Source of the DNA: Eubacteriales bacterium
Lineage (GTDB): Bacteria; Bacillota; Clostridia; Oscillospirales; CAG-272
Direction: 5' to 3'
Assembly: GCA_045653255.1 (NCBI GenBank)
Contig: JAZOLR010000170.1
Span: 1 to 44,444, forward strand
Length of the DNA stretch: 44,444 nucleotides
Below the pieces are notes generated by a model. It made no database searches and had not been told where the DNA came from. It saw only the letters and a program-made list of their open reading frames with translations. Shown one piece after another: positions 27,468 through 34,964 of this stretch. Within the stretch, counting starts at the first letter, position 1. Each line of letters starts with the position of its first letter. The position numbers and the translations under genes are program-made.

Positions 27468-27497
27468 AGCGTGGTACTCTTTATAGAGTATCACGCT
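27468..27497 (+). terminator. intrinsic terminator closing the two-gene rightward unit
   Basis: AGCGTGGTACTCT-TTAT-AGAGTATCACGCT is a 13-bp stem with one G-U pair. ATTTCTCTT follows. Confidence 0.6.
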
Positions 27498-27517
27498 ATT
27501 TCTCTTGAAAATACTAC

Positions 27518-27545
27518 TTGATTTTTCCGTGCAATATGCTATAAT
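27518..27545 (+). promoter_or_regulatory. sigma-A type promoter of the acyltransferase-like gene
   Basis: TTGATT-16 nt-TATAAT with TGc as an extended -10 element. This places the TTG ORF-track start at 27505 upstream of the transcript. Confidence 0.55.
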
Positions 27546-27594
27546 GAAGTTGCAATACCGAAAGAGCGAAAAAACTCCACGAAAGGTGAAAAAG

Positions 27595-28470
27595 ATGAGA
27601 GACTATCTTATTGAATTTTTCCGAAATTTTGAATACGAAGAAAAGGACGCAAAAACCCTTCTCGCAACTTTTGATACCATAAACGGAAACGAAGACGCGA
27701 AAAAACTTCTTTTTGACGCGTTATCCGTATATGAAGCAAACTACAAAATAGACTACGCAGAAGAAATAATCGGCAGGGCAAAAAAGATAACCGAGTTAAC
27801 CGACACCCACCCCTATACCGTCGAATTTCTCTTGTTTGCCTGTATGACTAAACGCCTGAAAGCACTCTACGAAGAAAACGGTCTCGATATGCAGATATAC
27901 AGAGACAGCGTTCTCGACCTTAAATGGAAACTCTGCGAATGCAAGGAAGTAAGAGGCATTTGCGGCTCGTTTGTCGCGTTGTGGTTTTCGGGATTTTTCA
28001 ATCTTGAAAGATTCGCTCTCGGCAGACTTCAGTTTGAACTTACAAAAGCGCGCGCAGACTATCAAAAAGACGGCGTAACCCTCAAAAAAGGCGAAAGCAT
28101 CGTCATAAACGTTCACATTCCGAGGACAGGCACGCCTATGGACAAGGAAAGTTGCGACAAATCCTACGCAATGGCGCGTGAGTTTTTCAAAAACGCAACG
28201 GGAAACGATTACGTGTTCGTCTGCCATTCTTGGCTCTTATTCCCACAAAACAAAGAAATACTTCCCTCTCACACAAACGTGTATAGATTTATGTCCGAGT
28301 ACGATATTGTCGACTGGGGTTACAACGAAGGAAACGACCTCTGGCGGCTTTTCGACACGCAGGAAATGAATCCCGACCGCCTTCCCGCAAACGGCTCGCT
28401 CCGCCGCGCATACGTCGAGCACCTGAAAAAAGGTAAAAGAGTAGGCTGGGGATACGGGATAAAGAAGTAA
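27595..28470 (+). CDS. acyltransferase-like protein (DUF5596-type N-terminal domain plus GNAT-like C-terminal domain)
   Basis: Start moved to the ATG at 27595 (MRDYLIEFF...), which has the RBS AAAGGTGA. The overall sequence resembles the family annotated as acyltransferase domain-containing proteins in Firmicutes. Recalled from memory, not searched. Confidence 0.45.
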   Translation: MRDYLIEFFRNFEYEEKDAKTLLATFDTINGNEDAKKLLFDALSVYEANYKIDYAEEIIGRAKKITELTDTHPYTVEFLLFACMTKRLKALYEENGLDMQIYRDSVLDLKWKLCECKEVRGICGSFVALWFSGFFNLERFALGRLQFELTKARADYQKDGVTLKKGESIVINVHIPRTGTPMDKESCDKSYAMAREFFKNATGNDYVFVCHSWLLFPQNKEILPSHTNVYRFMSEYDIVDWGYNEGNDLWRLFDTQEMNPDRLPANGSLRRAYVEHLKKGKRVGWGYGIKK

Positions 28471-28589
28471 CGAGAGAAATGCGGAAACCATCGGCAAAAT
28501 CCGTATTGCTTCTCATTTAACTTGATAATCAGAGCATATCACACAATATAAAAACTACTATTCAACAAAAAGGCGAAAGGAATCAAGTA

Positions 28590-30056
28590 ATGTCTATCAA
28601 CTTAAATTCAAACTCCTACAAAGACAAAGTTTACGCCTGCTGGGTTGGAAAAAACATCGGCGGCACAATGGGAACTCCCTACGAGGGAAAACGTGAGATT
28701 TTAGACGTAAAGGGCTTTGTGACAGAGGCAAACGTAGTTCTTCCTAACGATGACCTTGACTTGCAACTCGTGTGGCTTCTCGCCGTTGAAAAACTTGGGG
28801 TAAAGGCAATAAACACGGCAATCCTCGGTGAGTTCTGGCTCAGTTACATAGTTCCGAACTGGAATGAATACGGCATAGGAAAAGCCAATTTGAAAAAAGG
28901 CTTGATCTCTCCTCTCTCAGGTGACTATCAGAATGATTGGCAGCATTCAAACGGTGCTTGGATACGCACGGAGGTATGGGCGTGTATGGCTCCAGGTTGC
29001 CCCGACGTTGCGGCAAAATACGCAATGGAGGATGCAAAGGTTGACCACGGCTCAGGCGAAGGCACGTTTGCGGCGGCTTTCGTTGCGGCAATGCAATCTG
29101 CCGCATTCGTCATCAGCGATATTCGTAAGTGTATTGATATAGGTCTTGCAAAAATTCCCGAAAACTGCAGAATGGCAGACAGCATCCGCACGGTTCTTGC
29201 GTGCTATGACGAGGGCAAAACCGCAATAGAAACAAGAAACATCATTCTCGAACGCAATATGGATATAGGAGACGGTTGGTTTGAAGCACCCTCGAACGTA
29301 TCCTATGCGATTATCGGTCTTCTCTTCGGCGAAGGCGATTTCAAAAAGTCAATGCTGACCGCAATAAACTGCGGTGACGACACAGACTGTACTGCCGCAA
29401 CAGTCGGCGCAACGCTCGGTATTCTCGGAGGAACGAGCGCAGTTCCCGAGGATTGGAAAAAGCATATCGGCGACGATATTGTGACTGTATCTATAAACAG
29501 AGGCTCTATGGGAAATACCGTTCCCCGTACATGCACAGCACTTTCAAAGCGCGTTATAGCGCAAGCCCCCCACGTGATTGCCGCAAACCACGCGCCCGTT
29601 TCACTTGTTGACGGCGATACCGAAATTCCCGAAGATACCGTAGAAATCTTGAAATCAAACGTAAAATACAACGCATACCTTAGCGCCGTAAAGCCGAATA
29701 CAGTAACGTTTGAATCGGCTTTCGTTACCGCTATCGTTTCCTATGATGGAGATCCCGAAATCACTCCAAATGGCGAGAAGAAGATTCACATCCAATTCAG
29801 AAATAATCACGACGCATTCGACAACACGTTGTATAACTTAAATCTTCGCTGGTGGCTTCCCGACGGATTTTCTGTCGAAGGCGGTCGCAAAATGCTGACA
29901 CTCACGCACAGAAACGCTCACCAAACCGCAAGTTGTGACCTTGACGTCACAATAAAAGCAGGCGACACGGTTGACGCAGTAAGCAGATGCGTACTTGAAG
30001 TAACGGCGACAGGTCGTTCCATACCTTTATATATTCCTATCGTCCTTTTGGGATAA
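28590..30056 (+). CDS. ADP-ribosylglycohydrolase-family protein with a C-terminal extension of about 150 aa
   Basis: N-terminal CWVGKNIGGTMGTPYEG and the distal GDDTDCTAATVGATLG motifs of the ARH fold. The C-terminal beta-rich region is unassigned. Confidence 0.75.
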   Translation: MSINLNSNSYKDKVYACWVGKNIGGTMGTPYEGKREILDVKGFVTEANVVLPNDDLDLQLVWLLAVEKLGVKAINTAILGEFWLSYIVPNWNEYGIGKANLKKGLISPLSGDYQNDWQHSNGAWIRTEVWACMAPGCPDVAAKYAMEDAKVDHGSGEGTFAAAFVAAMQSAAFVISDIRKCIDIGLAKIPENCRMADSIRTVLACYDEGKTAIETRNIILERNMDIGDGWFEAPSNVSYAIIGLLFGEGDFKKSMLTAINCGDDTDCTAATVGATLGILGGTSAVPEDWKKHIGDDIVTVSINRGSMGNTVPRTCTALSKRVIAQAPHVIAANHAPVSLVDGDTEIPEDTVEILKSNVKYNAYLSAVKPNTVTFESAFVTAIVSYDGDPEITPNGEKKIHIQFRNNHDAFDNTLYNLNLRWWLPDGFSVEGGRKMLTLTHRNAHQTASCDLDVTIKAGDTVDAVSRCVLEVTATGRSIPLYIPIVLLG

Positions 30057-30262
30057 AAACAAAAAAATCCCACTTGATATACCTGCCGTAGAGCAGGTAT
30101 GCGGTTATAATCGCCTCGGTGAGAGGGGAGTTACGATTGACTGCGCCAAGTTATGACGTGACGGCGTCACAGTTTGAGGCAAAAAGGCGATTATATCATA
30201 ACCGTGAGCGAAAGCGAGCGCCTCATAACTCATAACTAAACATAGCATTTGTACCAACAAAG

Positions 30263-30297
30263 AAAGGATAGAGAACGTGAAATTTCTCTATCCTTTT
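30263..30297. terminator. hairpin terminator between the ARH-like gene and convergent araC-family gene (copy 1 of a repeated hairpin)
   Basis: AGGATAGAGAA / TTCTCTATCCT is an 11-bp stem flanked by an A-run and a T-run. It matches 34930-34964 at 33 of 35 positions. Confidence 0.7.
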
Positions 30298-30314
30298 CCT
30301 ATTTGTATGCGATT

Positions 30315-31070
30315 TTATTTACTTTTGCGAAACTTCAGCGGTGTCGTGCCCGTGAACGCGTAAAAGACCTTGCGGAAATGGTTTTCCGAGTGAAATCCTA
30401 CGAGTTCGCTTATTTTCGATACAGAATAGCGACTGTTTTCGAGATGCTCGATAGCGATGTTTATTCTTATTGAGTTTACGAAATTTATAGGCGTTTGCCC
30501 TAAATTTTTGTTGAACGAATGAAAAATAGTCGACTCACTGACACCGCAATGGTTAGCCAAATCGCAAACCGAAAAAGCCTTGTCCCAATTCTTCGTCACG
30601 TACTCGATAGCCAATTGAAGAGTTGTATCAATCACGGTATCGCTCGGTTTCATCTTGACAATAACGCTCTGCAAGAGTTTATAAAACCGCGAATACGCTT
30701 CGAGTGTGTCAAGACCGCCGCGTGACAAGAGTTCGGAAATCTGCAAAATATCGCGTTTTAATTCTTCGTCTGAGTCAATTACCTGCGCGCCGTACTTGTA
30801 GTTTTCATAATGCATAAAGCAAGAGAGATACACGACCTCAATTTCAGGCTCTCCGTGCCACTCCGAATAGCAGTACACGTTTTCGGGAATGAACACCACG
30901 TCCCCCTCGCAAACCTTAAGTTTCTGATTTAAGTATATATAAGTCCCGTTTCCTTTCAGTATAAGTCCGAGACGGGATTTTCTTTTGTTACTGTTGCCTC
31001 GGCAGAAATGATATTTGCTGAATATATGCTTTGACGTGCCTAGTTCGGAAACGTAAATATTATCGTTCAT
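30315..31070 (-). CDS. AraC-family transcriptional regulator (cupin sensor plus dual HTH)
   Basis: Start placed at the ATG at 31070 (MNDNIYVSELG), preceded by AGAGGGCAAGT. The C-terminal AraC HTH is GVSESTIFHSFNKNLGQTP...ISELVGFHSENHFRKVF. Confidence 0.8.
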   Translation of the reverse strand: MNDNIYVSELGTSKHIFSKYHFCRGNSNKRKSRLGLILKGNGTYIYLNQKLKVCEGDVVFIPENVYCYSEWHGEPEIEVVYLSCFMHYENYKYGAQVIDSDEELKRDILQISELLSRGGLDTLEAYSRFYKLLQSVIVKMKPSDTVIDTTLQLAIEYVTKNWDKAFSVCDLANHCGVSESTIFHSFNKNLGQTPINFVNSIRINIAIEHLENSRYSVSKISELVGFHSENHFRKVFYAFTGTTPLKFRKSK

Positions 31071-31125
31071 ACTTGCCCTCTTATCCATTTTTGCAGAATA
31101 GTTACTTTTTTTACAGTATATCATA

Positions 31126-31154
31126 TTGAAAAATGATTGTCAATGCAGTAGAAT
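31126..31154 (+). promoter_or_regulatory. candidate sigma-A promoter of the four-enzyme operon, divergent from araC-family gene
   Basis: TTGAAA-17 nt-TAGAAT lies 35 nt upstream of the ATG at 31189. Confidence 0.4.
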
Positions 31155-31188
31155 AATAATATAGAATAAAACCACAAAGGAGATATTT

Positions 31189-31956
31189 ATGGACTTCACG
31201 AATAAAGTAGCAATATCTACGGGCGCGGCTTCGGGAATGGGGCTCTTGTTTGCGGAAAACTTCGCCGCACTCGGCGGAGCGGTGGTAATGTGCGATATAA
31301 ACGAAGAAGTACTTACCGAAAAGGCATCCAAAATAAATAGCGAGGGCAAAGGCCGTGCGCTCGCCGTCAAGTGCGACGTGTGCGACTACGAGCAGGTGAA
31401 AAACGCTTGCGAGCGCGCTATTGCAGAATTCGGACGCATCGACCTCGTTGCAAACTTCGCAGGCGGATACGGCCCGAGACTCAAAAAGGTGAACGGCGCT
31501 CAGTATCCCGAATTCCCCGACATTCCGATAGAAGTGCTTGATTGGAGTCTTGACCTCAATCTTAAAGGGCCTTTCTATTTTGCACACGCGGCACTCAAGT
31601 ATATGCGAGAAACGAAGGGCGGTCTTATCCTCAATATCGGCTCTGTCACGGGTATGGACGGAGACAACTACGGCATAGACTACCCGACGGCAAAGGCGGC
31701 GCTTATGTTCGGTCTTACGAAATCGCTCGCGCAATACGGCGCGCCTTACGGCATAAGATGCGTCTGCATCTCCCCCGGCCCTGTGCTCACAAGAGCGGAT
31801 ATGGCAAGTATGAAAACCCTACTCGGCAGAGCCGCAGAGCCACAGGAAATAATTGATTTGTGCCTTTTCGTTGCCTCGGAAAAAGGTCAGTTTATCAACG
31901 GCGAAAACATTATGATAGACGGCGGAAGAAACGCTATGGTTGGTGAAAAAAGATGA
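31189..31956 (+). CDS. SDR-family oxidoreductase
   Basis: TGAASGMG cofactor motif and the YPTAK catalytic YxxxK. Confidence 0.85.
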   Translation: MDFTNKVAISTGAASGMGLLFAENFAALGGAVVMCDINEEVLTEKASKINSEGKGRALAVKCDVCDYEQVKNACERAIAEFGRIDLVANFAGGYGPRLKKVNGAQYPEFPDIPIEVLDWSLDLNLKGPFYFAHAALKYMRETKGGLILNIGSVTGMDGDNYGIDYPTAKAALMFGLTKSLAQYGAPYGIRCVCISPGPVLTRADMASMKTLLGRAAEPQEIIDLCLFVASEKGQFINGENIMIDGGRNAMVGEKR

Positions 31957-32702
31957 AAAAATCTTTCTTGAATTACGACAAACCCCTGCTTACCGCAATG
32001 GTGCAAGGAACAACGATAGACAGAATAAAATACCTGATGGACCGCTCCCGCGAGGACGGCGCGGACGCGTTTGGAATGCAGTTCGAACGCCTTCTCCCCG
32101 AATATAAGACGAAAGAAACACTCCGCGAACTTTTCGAATATGCGGGCGATTTACCCGTGTATTACACGAATTACAGAGTGTATGAGGGTGTTGGAAAATC
32201 CGACGAAACGCTTGCAAAAGAAATGCTCGAATATGCCGAACTCGGCGGCACTCTCTGCGACGTTATGGGGGATATGTTCAATCCGTCAAAAGACGAGTTG
32301 ACAACAGACGAAAATGCAATAAAAAAGCAACTGGAACTCATAGACGAACTCCACGAAAAAGGCGCAGAAGTGATTATGTCCTCTCACGTGAACAGATATA
32401 TTACCGCAGAGCGCGCTCTTGAAATCGCACTTGAACATCAAAGACGCGGCGCGGATATATCTAAAATAGTCACGCAGTCCGACACAATGGCAGAGCAGAT
32501 TGAAAATATGCGTATCATCGACGTATTAAAGCAAAAACTAGACATTCCTTTTCTTTTCCTCACGTGCGGAGAATGTCGCATTCAAAGAAGAGTATGCGGC
32601 GAACTCGGTTGTTGTATGTATCTCTGCGTACACGAGCACGACGGTATAGCCACCCCCGCGCAACCGCTTATAAAAAACATTATAGCGATAAGAGAAAACT
32701 GA
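31953..32702 (+). CDS. type I 3-dehydroquinate dehydratase-like protein
   Basis: VIMSSHVN (His region), GADISKIVTQSDT (Schiff-base Lys region) and IPFLFLTCGECRIQRRVCGELG align with the AroD blocks VVMSNHDF, DADIPKIALMPQS and [23 protein letters not shown]. The ATGA start overlaps the upstream stop. Confidence 0.55.
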   Translation: MKKSFLNYDKPLLTAMVQGTTIDRIKYLMDRSREDGADAFGMQFERLLPEYKTKETLRELFEYAGDLPVYYTNYRVYEGVGKSDETLAKEMLEYAELGGTLCDVMGDMFNPSKDELTTDENAIKKQLELIDELHEKGAEVIMSSHVNRYITAERALEIALEHQRRGADISKIVTQSDTMAEQIENMRIIDVLKQKLDIPFLFLTCGECRIQRRVCGELGCCMYLCVHEHDGIATPAQPLIKNIIAIREN

Positions 32703-32750
32703 TTTTTGTAAACTTTTATTTGCAAAGCACCTTCTAGGAGAAAAAACGCA

Positions 32751-33764
32751 ATGAGAAAAATCAAAATTGCTCAAATTGGCGTAAACCGTTACAGCCACGC
32801 GCCCGATATTTTCCACACCTTGTCAATACATCCCGAGGTCTTTCAACTTGTGGGCTACGCCTTAGTCGAGGACGAAAGAGAAACCTGCAAGAGCAAAATG
32901 GAGTTTTTTGAAGGTTACCCCGAATTAACACTTGACGAGATACTGAACGACCCCACAATTGAAGCGGTGGCGGTTGAAACGGACGAGATCCATTTGCTTA
33001 AATATGCAATTATGGCAGCCGAGCACGGAAAGCACATTCATATGGAAAAGCCGGGAAGCCAGAGCATTCGGGATTTCGAGAGACTGATCGAAACCGTCCG
33101 ACACACGAAAAAGGTTCTTCACCTCGGATATATGTACCGCTACAATCCCGTGATAGCCGATGCTATCCGCCGCGTAAAAGCAGGGGAATTCGGCACAGTC
33201 TACAGCGTAGAGGCGCATATGAGCCGACTTGACGACAACGAGGCAAGAGAATGGTTCGGCAGTTTCAAGGGTGGAATGATGTTCTATCTTGGGTGTCATC
33301 TTGTAGACCTCGTTATGCAGATACAGGGCGTGCCCGAGCAGGTCATACCGCTTAACACGGCAACGGGAATTGACGGTATAAACACCGAGGATTTAGGCTT
33401 TGCCGTATTGCGTTACAAAAACGGTATATCCGTAATTCGTATGGGCGGTACGGAAATCGGCGGATTCAATCGCCGTCAGTTAGTAATCTGCGGCTCAAAG
33501 CGAACGTCAGAGATAAAACCGCTTGAGGACGGCGCAAAAAACGCGGACAGACGGTTTATGCTTTACACAGAGAGCACGGAATCATATATCGGTGAAAACG
33601 GAATTGTCGCAAGAGAACACACTCGAAGCGAGGATTTTCAACGATATGAGGATATGCTGCTCTCCTTCGGAGAAATGGTTCGTATGGAAAAGGAAAACCC
33701 CTACACGCTTGAGTATGAGTTGTCGCTCTTTCGCACACTGATGCAGTGCTGTAATATCAACTAA
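32751..33764 (+). CDS. Gfo/Idh/MocA-family oxidoreductase
   Basis: N-terminal Rossmann fold (KIAQIGV), HMEKPGS motif and C-terminal alpha/beta domain. Confidence 0.8.
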   Translation: MRKIKIAQIGVNRYSHAPDIFHTLSIHPEVFQLVGYALVEDERETCKSKMEFFEGYPELTLDEILNDPTIEAVAVETDEIHLLKYAIMAAEHGKHIHMEKPGSQSIRDFERLIETVRHTKKVLHLGYMYRYNPVIADAIRRVKAGEFGTVYSVEAHMSRLDDNEAREWFGSFKGGMMFYLGCHLVDLVMQIQGVPEQVIPLNTATGIDGINTEDLGFAVLRYKNGISVIRMGGTEIGGFNRRQLVICGSKRTSEIKPLEDGAKNADRRFMLYTESTESYIGENGIVAREHTRSEDFQRYEDMLLSFGEMVRMEKENPYTLEYELSLFRTLMQCCNIN

Positions 33765-33785
33765 AAACAAAAGGAGACTAAAAAT

Positions 33786-34766
33786 ATGAAAGCGATTTTA
33801 GTAAACGAAGATAAAAGTTTGCGTTGGGACAACGTGCCCGACCCTATAATAAAAAGCGAAGAAGTCCTCGTGAAAATAGAGGCGGCGGCACTAAACCGCG
33901 CAGACCTTATGCAAAGAGAGGGCGACTACCCACCGCCTGCAGGGTGTCCTGAATGGATGGGGCTTGAGGTTGCGGGCGAGATTGTCGAAATGGGTGACGG
34001 AGCGAAGGCAAACTCAAACTATAAAATAGGCGACAAGGTGTGCGCTCTGCTCGGCGGCGGCGGATATGCCGAATACGTAGCGGTGAAATACGATATGCTT
34101 ATGCCCATACCGTCAAACTGCTCGATTATTGAGGCGGCGGCAATTCCCGAAGCGTTTGCAACCGCGTATCTCAATCTTTTTATTGAGGGCGGTATAAAAG
34201 AGGGCAATACCCTTCTTATGAATGCGGGCGCGTCAGGTCTTGCAAGCGTTATCATCCCTATGGCAAAGGCATTCGGCGTAAGAGTTATAACAACCGTGTT
34301 AAGCGACGAGATAGCAGAAAAGATTACCCACCTCGGTGCAGACAGAGTTGTCGTCACGACAAAGGAAGATATTTCCCTTGTGCTCAAAGAAGAACTTGAA
34401 AAAGGCCACTCCGTCGACGTCGCAATAGATTGCCTCGGCGGTGAAATAATGGGCAAGTGCATTCACTACCTCACCCACGGCGCGCGCTGGATAATGATAG
34501 CGGCACTCGCAGGCACGAAAACCGAGATAGACCTCAAAAACATCTACGTCAGAAACGTGCGTATTATAGGTAGCACACTCCGCTCGCGCACCCCCGAAGT
34601 CAAAGCGCAAATCCTTGCAGGTATCGTGCGCGACGTGTACCCGAAAATCGAAGCAGGGCTCGTCAAACCCACAATCCACGCAGTCCTTCCTATCCAAAAA
34701 GCAGAAGAAGCGCACGACATTCTCTACAAAGGTCAAAACGTCGGCAAAGTCGTGCTTACGGTCTAA
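33786..34766 (+). CDS. NAD(P)H:quinone oxidoreductase-like medium-chain dehydrogenase/reductase
   Basis: AAALNRADLMQREGDYPPP, NAGASGLAS cofactor loop and GKVVLTV C-terminus are typical of the Qor/zeta-crystallin subgroup. Confidence 0.8.
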   Translation: MKAILVNEDKSLRWDNVPDPIIKSEEVLVKIEAAALNRADLMQREGDYPPPAGCPEWMGLEVAGEIVEMGDGAKANSNYKIGDKVCALLGGGGYAEYVAVKYDMLMPIPSNCSIIEAAAIPEAFATAYLNLFIEGGIKEGNTLLMNAGASGLASVIIPMAKAFGVRVITTVLSDEIAEKITHLGADRVVVTTKEDISLVLKEELEKGHSVDVAIDCLGGEIMGKCIHYLTHGARWIMIAALAGTKTEIDLKNIYVRNVRIIGSTLRSRTPEVKAQILAGIVRDVYPKIEAGLVKPTIHAVLPIQKAEEAHDILYKGQNVGKVVLTV

Positions 34767-34850
34767 ATTCGCCTGTGGCAACAGCCTTCGGTGAAATGAT
34801 ATTGACCTTCGGTCAAATGATGATTCGCTACGCAGAAAATGTAAATTGCA
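34767..34850 (+). repeat. degenerate palindrome-linker array (copy related to 38572-38701)
   Basis: Directly after the TAA at 34764-34766 the sequence reads ...CCTTCGGTGA AATGATAT TGACCTTCGGTCA AATGATGAT TCGCTACGCAG AAAATGTAAATT. The linker is in the sense orientation AATGAT(G). Confidence 0.6.
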
Positions 34851-34929
34851 GGGCGGTAACACCTACCGTTTCCGCAAGCAAAACGGCAAAAATACCGATT
34901 TTGTAGAGACACCAACATAATAAGCAAAA

Positions 34930-34964
34930 AAAGGATAGAGAACGTAAAAATTCTCTATCCTTTT
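34930..34964 (+). terminator. hairpin terminator after the Qor-like gene (copy 2 of the repeated hairpin)
   Basis: AAAGGATAGAGAACGTAAAAATTCTCTATCCTTTT. The only two differences from 30263-30297 are in the loop. Confidence 0.7.
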
